A stretch of 64,000 nucleotides of DNA from contig CAVVLO010000001.1 in NCBI GenBank assembly GCA_963749155.1, forward strand, positions 128,001-192,000. The letters run 5' to 3'. Below the pieces are notes generated by a model, which was not told the origin of the DNA, did not search any database, and was given only the letters and a program-made list of their open reading frames with translations. This stretch comes from an uncultured Armatimonadia bacterium (GTDB lineage Bacteria; Armatimonadota; Zipacnadia; CAVVLO01). Position numbers and translations under genes: made by a program. The stretch's first letter is position 1. Each line of letters begins with the position of its first letter. Positions 38,203 through 48,118 of the stretch are shown here, piece after piece.

Positions 38203-39795
38203 TTATTCCAGAATCTCGCTCAGGTTGCGCACGCCGAAGGCTACGCGGAAGATCTCATCCAGATTGAAACCGCCCTTCTCGGGCACGACTACCAGGTCGC
38301 CCGCTTGAAGCAACAGGTTTTGTTCGTTGGCTTGGCCTTTCTCTATACGACCCAAATTTATGGACAGACAGGTAACTTGCCCTTCGGTATGGCGGACGAG
38401 GTAAGCGCCTCCCTTGTCGGCATTGCGCGAAGCAAATCCCCCTGCAAAACCCAGCGCGTCAATTGCTGTTGCGCCGGCTGAGAAGGTGTAGGTGCCAGGA
38501 TTCTTCACCCAGCCGATTACCGAGACGATTTGCGGCTCTACTGGCACGAGCAGTTGGTCGCCGGCCTCGATACCAATATTGAGCGTCTCGGTTTTGGTGG
38601 TGGGATAACCTGAGAGATCGAGGAGGCGCACCTCGCCTGCCCTCAGCAACTGGCAACTGGAAAGCTCCGCGTTGCTGATGTCGACTCCCCCAGCCATCGC
38701 AAGCAGGCTGCCCAGGGTGTCTCCAGGTCGCCAGGAAAAGAGGCCTGGTTCTTTGACCGCGCCAAGCACCGAAGCGCCGTTACGGCGTTCTGGCACGACC
38801 ACCACATCGCCAGGCTGCAGGGCAACGGAGGCGCCGACTTCTTCAAAGTGGCGAGAGAGGTCTATTTGCTCACTTTGCCCATCTCGGTGGATGAGATTCA
38901 GCGCGGCCAGATCAGCATATTGGGTGGTGCCGCCAGCCAGAGCCAGCACATCAAGCAACCTGTCGCCCGGTGCGGTCTGAAAAGCGCCAGGCGAAGTAAG
39001 CGCTCCAAGCACGGTTACAGTATTGCGCCGCCTGGGCACATACAGAGAGTCCTGATCGCGCGCGAGCACCAGGGTGCCAGCGGTCGTGCAATCGAGCGGG
39101 GTAGTCTGCCCACCGCGAGACAATTCCAGATTGGAAGGATCGCCAAATTCGGTAACGCCTCCGGCCAGCGCCAGCGCGTTCGCAAGCGATTCGTTATCAT
39201 CGAGAGTGTAGACGCCGGGACTTTTTACCTCGCCACTGACTGTCACCCGGGCGCGAGTCTTGACGAGCAGCACATCGCCAGCGCGCAGCAGCAGGTTGGC
39301 TTCTGGATCGCCCTGCAAGGCAGCAGAAAGGTCAAGGGGCTGGGCCTCTTGTCCCAGGCGAGTAAGCAAAGCCCAGCGACTGGCGGCCGTGCGCGATAAT
39401 CCACCTGCCAAGGCCAGCGCCTGAGTCACTGATGTGGGGGCGTTCAAGTTGACTGGGCCAGGATTATTTACCTCTCCCAGCACGTAAGCATTGGCATATT
39501 GCCCATCCGTAAGCAGCACCAGCACAGAGGGTTGCTTGACGAAGGCGCAATAGGCCTCTGTAAGACGCTCTTCAAGCTCGAAGCAGGTAAGTCCGGCCGC
39601 TTGCAAAGCGCCAATCAGGGGCATCGCCACCGTGCCATCGGGCGCCAGGGTTACTTTCGAGGCGCTAAGGTCAGCATGTCCCCATACCTCCACCTGAAGA
39701 GTGTCACCAGGCAACAACCGATATGCCTCGGGCTGGGAGAAAGCAGGCCCAGTCAGACCTGTAACCAGTAATAAAATCCAGAGCAGCGCGCGCAT
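38203..39795 (-). CDS. wza: Polysaccharide export protein (Wza/Poly_export plus multiple SLBB domains)
   Basis: Signal peptide, YRLLPGD, PDG.V.MPLIG...AGLT, five V.G.V..PG..ALAGG-type SLBB repeats. AGGAGG RBS. Confidence 0.88.
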   Translation of the reverse strand: MRALLWILLLVTGLTGPAFSQPEAYRLLPGDTLQVEVWGHADLSASKVTLAPDGTVAMPLIGALQAAGLTCFELEERLTEAYCAFVKQPSVLVLLTDGQYANAYVLGEVNNPGPVNLNAPTSVTQALALAGGLSRTAASRWALLTRLGQEAQPLDLSAALQGDPEANLLLRAGDVLLVKTRARVTVSGEVKSPGVYTLDDNESLANALALAGGVTEFGDPSNLELSRGGQTTPLDCTTAGTLVLARDQDSLYVPRRRNTVTVLGALTSPGAFQTAPGDRLLDVLALAGGTTQYADLAALNLIHRDGQSEQIDLSRHFEEVGASVALQPGDVVVVPERRNGASVLGAVKEPGLFSWRPGDTLGSLLAMAGGVDISNAELSSCQLLRAGEVRLLDLSGYPTTKTETLNIGIEAGDQLLVPVEPQIVSVIGWVKNPGTYTFSAGATAIDALGFAGGFASRNADKGGAYLVRHTEGQVTCLSINLGRIEKGQANEQNLLLQAGDLVVVPEKGGFNLDEIFRVAFGVRNLSEILE

Positions 39796-39857
39796 AACTC
39801 GCCTCCTTGCTCGTTGAAGCCGGCCAGCCTGACCGGCTGCAAGTCAGCTTTTCTCTA

Positions 39858-39873
39858 TGCAAGAGGCGTGCCA
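39858..39873 (-). promoter_or_regulatory. Sigma-54 (RpoN) -24/-12 promoter for the polysaccharide operon
   Basis: Minus strand reads TGGCACG-CCTC-TTGCA, an exact match to TGGCACGNNNNTTGCW, about 63 bp upstream of the wza ATG. Confidence 0.8.
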
Positions 39874-39893
39874 GAAGGGATTCCAAAGGCAAG

Positions 39894-39921
39894 AAAAAGC
39901 CCCCGAATCGAAATCCGGGGC
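39894..39921 (-). terminator. Intrinsic terminator after the GH2 gene
   Basis: GCCCCGGAT-TTCG-ATTCGGGGGC followed by TTTTT on the minus strand. Confidence 0.7.
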
Positions 39922-39946
39922 CGGAAAACAGGATGATCTGAGGCGA

Positions 39947-42481
39947 CTAGCTCACCGGGATTAGCAACTCGTTGCTGTTCCAGGCCTGGATACGCAAGGT
40001 ATCTTCACTCGTCAACTGCCCGGTTATCCAGAGCCTGCGCACCTTGCCCGGGCGTATGGAAAGGTAGTTGTCAGAGAATACAACGCGGTCGGCACTGGGG
40101 CCGAGTACCTCTAGCTCGGTATGCAGCGCAAAGGTGTCGCCCTCGTTGGCGATGCGGAGGAACTTGCCTTCCGGCGTAGCCTCTACCTCAACTGCGAGGA
40201 AGGTTCCTGGCGCCTGCAGGTAGGGTTCCCAGACCGGTTCGGTGTTTACCGAGAAGTAATAATAGTTGGTCGAGAGGGTCTCCCCAGCCGCATCCTTGCA
40301 CCGCACATAGCAGATGAAGGGGCCAGAGAAGCCTTCCGGTATATGCCAGGCCACCGAGGCAAGCTCCACAGAGGAATTGGCGGGCACTGTAATTGTCGTG
40401 TCCGACTGCAGCAGCACCTTGCCGTGGAGGTCTGAAAGGCGCCATTCGAGCAAGGCACCTTCGAGCGCCGCCCCCGAGTTGCTTACCCACAAATCAGTGG
40501 TAAAAGTTTCAGAGGACCGCCACCCGAGCCTGGCGTATTTGGCGCTAACGTGAACGGCTTCATAAGCTTTGCGCACGTACCAGTAGGCCATTTTGGGGCG
40601 CAGATACCAGTCTACCGCACTTGTGCAGGCGGCATTGGGCCAGGGCTCGTTGAACTGCCACATCAGGCTGCCACTGGTTGTGAACTTGCGCCTTCTGTTG
40701 GTCTCGATGGCGTAACGCAGGCCCTCGGCCTGTTGAAACTGGCTGGCATGAACCCAGTCCAGCAGCGTGTCATATTGGGCGCCGTACATCTCCTCCAGCA
40801 GCCCCACTCCCAGCCAGTGAGGGTCGCCAATAGCCTCGAAAGCCTTGTGGTGACGCCAGTTGAGGTCTTCCTTGCGAGGCGCTTCCAGTGACTCGGGCGG
40901 CAGCATCTGCATAAGTGAGGGCAGCGCGGCCATCCCGCAGCAACCATATTCGCTGTGGATTAGCGCCTTGTGGTTGTCATTGTAATGGGTGTAATGATTA
41001 ACCACACCGATATAAGTCCACGGGCCGTGGATGTCCTGATTTGGCTCGGTGCGCGTCATCGGCGAGGTCGGCAGATAGGGGCGCGTGCCGTCATACTGGG
41101 CCACGAGGCGGCCCATATGGTTGATGGCAACATCGGCTTCGCCCCCCAGGTCGGTTAGCTCGTTGCCCCCGCACCACAGGGCAAGGGAGGCCCGATTACG
41201 CAGTCGTCGGATGGAAGGCACGCACTCGGCGGTCAAGAGGTCCAGATAATCCTGACTTGTCGAGGGGATAGATTCCCTGGCGCTGCCCGAGAGCACGAAC
41301 TCCTGCCAGACCATAATCCCGGCCTCATCACAGGCCTCGTAGAAGGCCTCCTGTTCCATCAATCCGACGCCATTAATGCGCAGCATATTCACGCCAGCTT
41401 CCTTCGCAAGCTGGATTAGTCGCTGATAACGCTCATCGGGTATGCCCCCGTACCGGCTGTCACAGGGCGCCCAGTTCCAGCCCTTGATGAAGGTCTTCTG
41501 GCCATTGACGACCAGAGTCCAGGGGCGCGTATCGGCCGGGGCGCCCTCGTTGGGCACGAAGCCAATGCTGCGTATCCCGAAAGCCACACTGCGCTTGTCG
41601 ATAGGCTCGCAGGCTCGGGAGACATATATCGTGGCAATATAGCGAGGTTGCTGCCCCTGGCCGTTAGGCCACCAGAGGGCTGGATCCGGGATGGCTCCTG
41701 TGAAAGTGACGCGCGTCGTGCCAGGATAGAGGGCTGCCAGAGTCTTGCCTTCCCATATGCGGTCGCCCTCTTCGCGCCATATCTCGGCCCATACCTCGGC
41801 TACCTGCTCGCAGGTAGCTTCCAGCTCGGCCTCCAGATGCACCTGAGCGGATTTATGGTCTTCGGCCAGCAGCGGTTTCGCCCAGACGTCGGTGCAGCGG
41901 ACGGTCTCCAGCACATCCAGGCTTACAGGCTGCCAGATACCACTCGGCACCAGACGACAGGTGAAGTCCCAGTTGTAGTTCATCCGGGGCTTGAAGGTTT
42001 TTACACGCTTCGTCCAGCCCATCTGGGCTTCTTCCTTGGGAGGCGCATATACGATGACGCAAAGCAGGTGGCGCTGGCCGGGCCTCAAGCGGGCCGTGAC
42101 GTCGAACTCGAAGGGCGAGAACATCCCCGTATGAGAGCCAAGCTCCTCGCCATCCAGATAGACAGTGCAATCATAATCTACGCCCTCGAAACGCAGCAGG
42201 ACGCGCTTGCCGGCCAGTTCGGCCGGCGCCTCGAACCACTTGCGCCAGGCGAAATCACGATTCTCGACCCATTCGCATGAGAGGCTGTTTGTGCCAAACC
42301 ATATCTCCGGCAGCACGCCAGCTTCCTCGAGTTCGCGATGAGAGCAGGAAGGCACACTAGCGGGCGTCCAGGAGGAGTCGTCGTACTCGGGCTTGTGGAC
42401 ACCGACCATCACCGCCTCGCTGCTGATGAAAGGTTTGATCTTCCAGTCTTCGCCCTTGAGCAGATATTTCGCATTGGCCAT
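39947..42481 (-). CDS. Glycoside hydrolase family 2, beta-mannosidase-like
   Basis: FEGVDY, MNYNWDF, SGIWQPV, KGWNWAP, MVWQEF, WCGGNE, IHGPW, SEYG, WQFNEPWP, FSDNY. Confidence 0.9.
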   Translation of the reverse strand: MANAKYLLKGEDWKIKPFISSEAVMVGVHKPEYDDSSWTPASVPSCSHRELEEAGVLPEIWFGTNSLSCEWVENRDFAWRKWFEAPAELAGKRVLLRFEGVDYDCTVYLDGEELGSHTGMFSPFEFDVTARLRPGQRHLLCVIVYAPPKEEAQMGWTKRVKTFKPRMNYNWDFTCRLVPSGIWQPVSLDVLETVRCTDVWAKPLLAEDHKSAQVHLEAELEATCEQVAEVWAEIWREEGDRIWEGKTLAALYPGTTRVTFTGAIPDPALWWPNGQGQQPRYIATIYVSRACEPIDKRSVAFGIRSIGFVPNEGAPADTRPWTLVVNGQKTFIKGWNWAPCDSRYGGIPDERYQRLIQLAKEAGVNMLRINGVGLMEQEAFYEACDEAGIMVWQEFVLSGSARESIPSTSQDYLDLLTAECVPSIRRLRNRASLALWCGGNELTDLGGEADVAINHMGRLVAQYDGTRPYLPTSPMTRTEPNQDIHGPWTYIGVVNHYTHYNDNHKALIHSEYGCCGMAALPSLMQMLPPESLEAPRKEDLNWRHHKAFEAIGDPHWLGVGLLEEMYGAQYDTLLDWVHASQFQQAEGLRYAIETNRRRKFTTSGSLMWQFNEPWPNAACTSAVDWYLRPKMAYWYVRKAYEAVHVSAKYARLGWRSSETFTTDLWVSNSGAALEGALLEWRLSDLHGKVLLQSDTTITVPANSSVELASVAWHIPEGFSGPFICYVRCKDAAGETLSTNYYYFSVNTEPVWEPYLQAPGTFLAVEVEATPEGKFLRIANEGDTFALHTELEVLGPSADRVVFSDNYLSIRPGKVRRLWITGQLTSEDTLRIQAWNSNELLIPVS

Positions 42482-42593
42482 ACGACTCACCCCGAGCAGG
42501 TGTTTTTCACAAAACTACTCTTCGCGGCTTTGGCCTGCAACCCTCGCTGCTCGAACCTTAGAAGTGACGCGCCCTCGCGCGCCTCTGTCCGCG

Positions 42594-42622
42594 TTGACGC
42601 TACAGGGCCTTGTCTTTATAAT
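42594..42622 (+). promoter_or_regulatory. Sigma-70 promoter of the ileS operon
   Basis: TTGACG (42594-42599), 17-bp spacer, TATAAT (42617-42622). GGAGG RBS at 42636-42640. Confidence 0.8.
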
Positions 42623-42648
42623 GTCTCGACTTCGCGGAGGTACCTTTG

Positions 42649-45441
42649 ATGGATTACAAAGCCACACTTAACCTGCCTGTTTCGCAGCTACCGATGAAGG
42701 CCAACCTGCCGACGCGCGAGCCCGAACTGCTCACTCTCTGGAACGAACTCGGGCTCTACGACCTCGTGCAGCAGGCTACCAGCGGGCGCCCAAAGTGGAT
42801 TCTCCACGATGGTCCGCCATACGCCAACGGTAATATCCATCTCGGGCAGGCGCTAAATAAAGTTCTAAAAGACATCGCCGTGAAGTTCAAGACGATGCAG
42901 GGATTTGACTGTCCCTATGTCCCCGGCTGGGATACCCACGGCCTGCCTACCGAGCAGCAGCTCATAAAGCAGGGCGCCCGGCGCGACCAGATGGACTTGC
43001 TCGAATGGCGCAAAGGTTGCTACGAGTTCGCCGAACGGTTTGTAGGCACCCAGAAACAGCAATTCGTGCGCCTCGGGGTGCGCGGCGACTGGGAAAATCC
43101 CTACATCACTTATCAGCCCGAATACGAAGCCGCCGAACTCGAAGTCTTCAAGCAGCTCGTGGCCAACGGCCTGGTTTATCGCGCCCTGCGCAGCATTTAC
43201 TGGTGCGGAAGCTGCAAGACCGCGCTGGCTGATGCCGAGATCGAATATCAGGAAGACCTTAGCCCGTCCATCTTCGTGGACTTCAAACTGGCCAGCGATG
43301 CGGCTGAACTTGCCCCCGAGCTGGCTGGCGAAGACGTCTACATCACCATCTGGACTACCACGCCCTGGACGCTGCCCGCCAACGTCGGGATAATGATCCA
43401 TCCTGATTTGCCCTACCAGGCCGTTAAGGCCGCCGATGGCAAGGTGCGCATAATGGCTGCCGACAGGGTCGCCGCTGTGGCGATGCAGGCCGGCTGGAGC
43501 GCCGTGGACATAATCGCCGAGTTCCCCGGCAGCAAACTCGAAAACTTTAAGGCCAGGCATCCCTTCATCGATCGGGACTCGTTCGTAGTGATGTCGCCTG
43601 AATACGTCACAACCGAAGAGGGTACTGGCTGCGTACATAGCGCCCCGGGCCACGGCGCGGAGGACTTCGAGGTCGGCCAGAAATACGGCCTGCCCGTCCT
43701 TTGTCCAGTGGATGATGAGGCGCGCATCACCGAGGAAGTGCCAGCTTATGCCGGCCTGCTCGTGTGGGACGCCAACCCGAAAATCGTCGCCGATTTGGAT
43801 GCCTCGGGCGCTTTGCTTGCATCCGGAGAGATAAGCCATCAGTATGCCCATTGCTGGCGCTGCAAGCAGCCCATCGTCTATCGCGCCACCAAACAGTGGT
43901 TTATGAATGTCGACAAGGTCCGGGCCCAGTGCCTGACTGCTATTGACCAGGTAGACTGGGTGCCGGCTTACGGGCGCAACCGTATCGGCGGGATGATGGA
44001 AAACGCCCCCGACTGGTGCCTGTCTCGCCAGCGTGTCTGGGGCGTGCCTCTGCCTGTCTTCTACTGCGCCGAGTGCAGCGAGCCACTGGTGACCGAGCAG
44101 AGCCTTTCCAAGGTCATCGAGCTGGTGCGCGAGCATGGCTCCAATATCTGGTATGAGCTGCCGGTAGAAGCGCTGCTTCCCACTGGCGCTTCCTGTACCA
44201 AGTGTCATGGGGAGAAGTTCGTAAAAGAAGTCGACATCCTGGATGTGTGGTTCGATTCGGGCGCCTCGCACACTTGCGTGCTGCGTCAGCGACCCGAACT
44301 GCGCTATCCGGCCGACCTGTACCTCGAGGGCAGCGACCAGCATCGCGGCTGGTTCCAGACCTCGCTCAAAGCCGCAGTAGGCTTCGATGGCACCGCGCCT
44401 TACAAGCAGGTGCTGACCCACGGGTTCTTCGTGGATGAGCAGGGTCGCAAGATGTCCAAGTCGCTTGGCAATGTCATTGACCCGATGGAAATCTGCAAGG
44501 AATACGGAGCGGATATCCTGCGCCTGTGGGTGACTTATGTAGATTTCAAACAGGATATGCATGTCTCGGAGCGCATCTTCCAGCAAGTCGCGGAGAGCTA
44601 CCGGCGTATACGTAACACCTTCAAGTTTATGCTGGGCAACCTGGCTGATTTCGAGCCGGAGCAGGACTCTGTGCCTTTCGAGTATCTTTATGCGTTCGAC
44701 CAGTACGCCCTGGCCAGGCTTCAAAGGTTGGTAAGGCGGGTTACGCAGGCGCTTGAGGAGTTCGATTATCATCTCGCCACCACCGAACTGCATAATTATT
44801 GCGCCACTTTCCTGAGTAATCTTTATTTGGACGTCGCCAAAGACCATCTCTACGTCCAGGGCAAGGACTCTCCCAGGCGTCGGTCGGCGCAGACGGTGCT
44901 GTACGAGACACTGAAGACGCTGCTTGCGCTGGTGACGCCAATCCTGGCCTTCACCAGTGAAGAGATCTGGCAGACTCTGCCTGCCCAATTGAAGCCTGAA
45001 GGCCATAAGACCGTCCAGTTGCTTGCCTGGCCGGAGCCGAAAGCCGAGTTCGAGCATCGCGACCTGATCGCCAGATGGGAACAATTGCTCCTCGTCCGCG
45101 AAGAGGTTATGAAAGCTCTCGATGTGGCTATAAGAGATGAAGTGATCGAGCGGCCCCTCGAGGCCGAGGTTCATCTGATAGCTGGTACTGTCCAATATGA
45201 GTTGCTTGCAGACCTCGATGAGGAACTGCGGGCGCTCTTGATTGTGTCTCGTGTCACTCTTAGGCAGAGCACCGACCTGGAACCTGAGGCACTAGGCATC
45301 GAAATTGGCCCAGCCTCGGGCGCCAAATGTGAGCGTTGCTGGCTGACAGATGATTCTGTCGGCGAGTACACGGAGCATCTGGGGCTTTGCTCGCGTTGTG
45401 TACAGGTGGTAGAGCAGTACTCGGCCCAGGCCGAGAGCTAG
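42649..45441 (+). CDS. ileS: Isoleucine--tRNA ligase (type 1, C-terminal Zn finger)
   Basis: HDGPPYANG.IHLGQ, PGWDTHGLP, WTTTPWT, GTGCVH.APGHG, WCLSRQR.WG, EGSDQHRGWF, KMSKS, CERC..CSRC. Confidence 0.97.
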   Translation: MDYKATLNLPVSQLPMKANLPTREPELLTLWNELGLYDLVQQATSGRPKWILHDGPPYANGNIHLGQALNKVLKDIAVKFKTMQGFDCPYVPGWDTHGLPTEQQLIKQGARRDQMDLLEWRKGCYEFAERFVGTQKQQFVRLGVRGDWENPYITYQPEYEAAELEVFKQLVANGLVYRALRSIYWCGSCKTALADAEIEYQEDLSPSIFVDFKLASDAAELAPELAGEDVYITIWTTTPWTLPANVGIMIHPDLPYQAVKAADGKVRIMAADRVAAVAMQAGWSAVDIIAEFPGSKLENFKARHPFIDRDSFVVMSPEYVTTEEGTGCVHSAPGHGAEDFEVGQKYGLPVLCPVDDEARITEEVPAYAGLLVWDANPKIVADLDASGALLASGEISHQYAHCWRCKQPIVYRATKQWFMNVDKVRAQCLTAIDQVDWVPAYGRNRIGGMMENAPDWCLSRQRVWGVPLPVFYCAECSEPLVTEQSLSKVIELVREHGSNIWYELPVEALLPTGASCTKCHGEKFVKEVDILDVWFDSGASHTCVLRQRPELRYPADLYLEGSDQHRGWFQTSLKAAVGFDGTAPYKQVLTHGFFVDEQGRKMSKSLGNVIDPMEICKEYGADILRLWVTYVDFKQDMHVSERIFQQVAESYRRIRNTFKFMLGNLADFEPEQDSVPFEYLYAFDQYALARLQRLVRRVTQALEEFDYHLATTELHNYCATFLSNLYLDVAKDHLYVQGKDSPRRRSAQTVLYETLKTLLALVTPILAFTSEEIWQTLPAQLKPEGHKTVQLLAWPEPKAEFEHRDLIARWEQLLLVREEVMKALDVAIRDEVIERPLEAEVHLIAGTVQYELLADLDEELRALLIVSRVTLRQSTDLEPEALGIEIGPASGAKCERCWLTDDSVGEYTEHLGLCSRCVQVVEQYSAQAES

Positions 45442-45477
45442 CTGGAGAGCAAGCCACACCGGACCGACGAGGAGTAG

Positions 45478-45864
45478 ATGGGAATGGCGTCACGCAAGAA
45501 GATCGACCTCGTGGAGTACAAAGCACTACTCGAGGATCAGTATCGCGATATCAAGTCCAAGCTTAAGCAACTTGAAGATCGCGCTGCCGGTCGTTTGCCG
45601 ATGGAGGGCGATGACGAGCCTACTGGTCACGAAGATGACCTGTCGGATCTGGCCTCTGGCGCGCTTGAGAAAGAGCGCGAACTGGCTGAGGCCGAAACCT
45701 TGAGGGACAACCTTGGAATGATCGAGCTGGCTCTCGAGCGCATCGAGGCGGGCACCTTCGGTACTTGCGCAATGTGTACCGATGATATCGACCCGGCCAG
45801 GCTGGAGGCGATCCCGTACGCCCTTTACTGCTTCAAATGCCAGAGCAAACTGGAAATGGGCTAG
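45478..45864 (+). CDS. dksA: TraR/DksA C4 zinc-finger protein
   Basis: Coiled coil with DLSDLA (DxxDxA), then GTFGTCAMC..RLEAIP..CFKC. Confidence 0.85.
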   Translation: MGMASRKKIDLVEYKALLEDQYRDIKSKLKQLEDRAAGRLPMEGDDEPTGHEDDLSDLASGALEKERELAEAETLRDNLGMIELALERIEAGTFGTCAMCTDDIDPARLEAIPYALYCFKCQSKLEMG

Positions 45865-46397
45865 GCCCAACACCACTGGAGCCTGAGCAGAGGCCGCGCC
45901 TTGTACTAAGGTCCGCGGCCTTCTTTGCCTTGGCGGCACTGGTCTGGGGGCTGGATCAGGGCGTAAAATCCTGGGTCCGCGAGCACCTGGTCGACCTCCA
46001 TGGCATCCTGGAGCATCACGGGCTGTGGGGGCTGACTTACAGCCAGAATAAAGGCGGCGCCTTTGGGCTGTTCCCTCATTTCGCCCAGGCCTTCACTGTC
46101 ATTGCGCTGCTGGTCGTTTTCGCCATCATCGTGCATTTTATCGTGAAGCCGGCCAAAGAGCCTTTCGAGTTTTTCGGCCTGGCTTTCCTGCTTGGCGGCG
46201 TGCTCGGGAATCTTACCGACCGCCTGCTATTCGGTCACGTCACGGATTTCATCGTGTTGCCCTGGCTGAGGCGCTGGCCTGCTTTCAACCTGGCTGATAG
46301 CGCCATCACCATCGGCGCTGGCCTGCTTATCATCTCAACCATCGTGCACAGTATTCATCACGAAGAGGAGCCGCCCAGTGAGGCCAATCCTGTTTGA
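45837..46397 (+). CDS. lspA: Lipoprotein signal peptidase II (true start probably a little downstream)
   Basis: LDQ..K, NKGGAFG, GNLTDRL, VTDFI, FNLADSAIT. Confidence 0.93.
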   Translation: MPEQTGNGLGPTPLEPEQRPRLVLRSAAFFALAALVWGLDQGVKSWVREHLVDLHGILEHHGLWGLTYSQNKGGAFGLFPHFAQAFTVIALLVVFAIIVHFIVKPAKEPFEFFGLAFLLGGVLGNLTDRLLFGHVTDFIVLPWLRRWPAFNLADSAITIGAGLLIISTIVHSIHHEEEPPSEANPV

Positions 46398-47130
46398 GCT
46401 TGGTCCGCTCAAAGTATGGAGCTACGGCTTTATGCTGATGCTTGGCTTTGCAGCAGGCATTGGGTGGGGCTTTTGGAAAGCGCCCAGGCTTAAACTCGAG
46501 CGAGAGCGCGTCCTGGACCTCGGCCTCTATGTGCTGCTGGCGGCCCTGCTTGGCGCCCGGCTCGTTTACGTGATGCTTCACCTGGGTGAATATGACAGCC
46601 TCTCCAGTCTCTTTATGGTGTGGGAAGGCGGCTTGTCTTTCCACGGAGGCTTTTTCGGCGGATTACTGGTCGCCTGGGCCTACACCAGGATTACAAAGAC
46701 GAGTTTTCTGGATTACGCTGACTTGCTGGCGCCGGGCATCGCTTTGGGGACAGCTTTCGCGCGCATTGGCTGCGCTCTCAACGGCTGTTGTCACGGTGGT
46801 CCGAGCGAAGCCTGGTGCGCTATCCCGACCCGATTCCTGGACGGAGAACACACCGTCCCCACGCAGCTCATGGAACTCGTCGGTTGCCTGTTGCTCTTCT
46901 TCCTGCTGTGGCGGTTGGTAGACCACCGGCGTTTCAAGGCCCAGGTCTTTCTGGCTTATGTGATGGGCTATGCCGTGGTCCGGGGTTCTGTGGAATACTG
47001 GCGAGCTGGCTTCACGGCGGATTTCTTCCTCGGGCCTCTGACTCAGGCGCAGGCACTCAGCCTTGTGCTCTTCCTCATCGCGATTGTTCCCTATCTGATG
47101 CTCTCTCGCAAAGCCCGCCGGGAGGCGTAG
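46378..47130 (+). CDS. lgt: Prolipoprotein diacylglyceryl transferase
   Basis: WSYG, GARL.YV, WEGGLSFHGG, RIGC..NGCC.G, PTQL.E, R...EY.R. Confidence 0.93.
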   Translation: MRPILFELGPLKVWSYGFMLMLGFAAGIGWGFWKAPRLKLERERVLDLGLYVLLAALLGARLVYVMLHLGEYDSLSSLFMVWEGGLSFHGGFFGGLLVAWAYTRITKTSFLDYADLLAPGIALGTAFARIGCALNGCCHGGPSEAWCAIPTRFLDGEHTVPTQLMELVGCLLLFFLLWRLVDHRRFKAQVFLAYVMGYAVVRGSVEYWRAGFTADFFLGPLTQAQALSLVLFLIAIVPYLMLSRKARREA

Positions 47131-47131
47131 G

Positions 47132-48118
47132 ATGGAGCCACAAGATTTTGAAAGCAGGACGGCGATTGTAGAAGCCGGCCAGGTGGGAGAACGCCTGGAC
47201 CGGTTTGTAGCCGCAACCTGGCCTGAAGTCACTCGTTCCCACGCCAAGCGACTCATCCTCGACGCCTTCGTGCTGGTCAATGACGAGCCCGCTCGCGTTG
47301 CCGAAAGACTGCGCGAGGGCGATGAAGTAGAGCTAACCGTTCCCCCGCCTGCGCAACTGTCCGCGCTACCTGAAGAGATGCCCCTCGACCTGCTTTATGA
47401 AGACGAGACGGTCCTGGTGGTCAACAAGCCCGCCGGCCTGGTGGTTCATCCTGCGCCTGGCCATCCCGGCGGCACCCTGGTTAACGCCCTGCTTTGGCAC
47501 TCTGAAGAGCTGGCTGGCGCGGGCAAGAGCTTCCGCCCTGGACTCGTTCACAGGCTGGACAAGGATACTTCAGGCTTGCTGATGGTTGCCAAGTCGGAGC
47601 AAGCCCAGGCCGAGTTGCAGCGGCAAATCCAGGAACGCACTGCCTCGCGGCGCTATCTGGCGCTGCTCTGGGGCAGTCCCCGGTGGGAATCAACGACTAT
47701 CACGGCGTCACTCGGACGTCATCCTACCGAGCGCAAGCGGTTCGCGGTGCAGGATAACGGCCGGCATGCGATTACCGAGCTTGAAGTATTGGAGCGCTAT
47801 GGCTTCTGTTGCCTGGCTGAGGCGCGGTTACAGACGGGCCGCACCCATCAAATACGCATCCATTGCTTGCACGCAGGCCATCCAGTAGTGGCTGATCCAG
47901 TTTACGGCCCCCAGGTGCCCACAAAAGCTAATCTCGGCCAGGCTCAGGTGACCTTCAACCGACTTTTCAAGGCGTTGCCAGGCCAGGCGCTGCACGCTTA
48001 CAAGCTGGCTTTTGACCATCCCAGGACAGGCAAGCGGCTGGAGTTCGAATCCACCCCGCCTGCTCCGCTTGCGGAACTGATTGCCTACCTGCGCGACCTT
48101 TCGGAGGTGCGCGAGTGA
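47132..48118 (+). CDS. rluD: RluA/RluD family 23S rRNA pseudouridine synthase with S4 domain
   Basis: RLDRF, NKPAGLVVHP, VHRLDKDTSG, TGRTHQIRIH, QALHAY.L.F.HP. Confidence 0.92.
   Translation: MEPQDFESRTAIVEAGQVGERLDRFVAATWPEVTRSHAKRLILDAFVLVNDEPARVAERLREGDEVELTVPPPAQLSALPEEMPLDLLYEDETVLVVNKPAGLVVHPAPGHPGGTLVNALLWHSEELAGAGKSFRPGLVHRLDKDTSGLLMVAKSEQAQAELQRQIQERTASRRYLALLWGSPRWESTTITASLGRHPTERKRFAVQDNGRHAITELEVLERYGFCCLAEARLQTGRTHQIRIHCLHAGHPVVADPVYGPQVPTKANLGQAQVTFNRLFKALPGQALHAYKLAFDHPRTGKRLEFESTPPAPLAELIAYLRDLSEVRE

Noticed and set aside
42865..45195. 776-aa ORF antisense to ileS (similarly 216-1451, 21623-23338, 59060-60133 and others)
   Set aside because: These are shadow ORFs opposite well-supported genes in GC-rich DNA and show no recognisable motifs.
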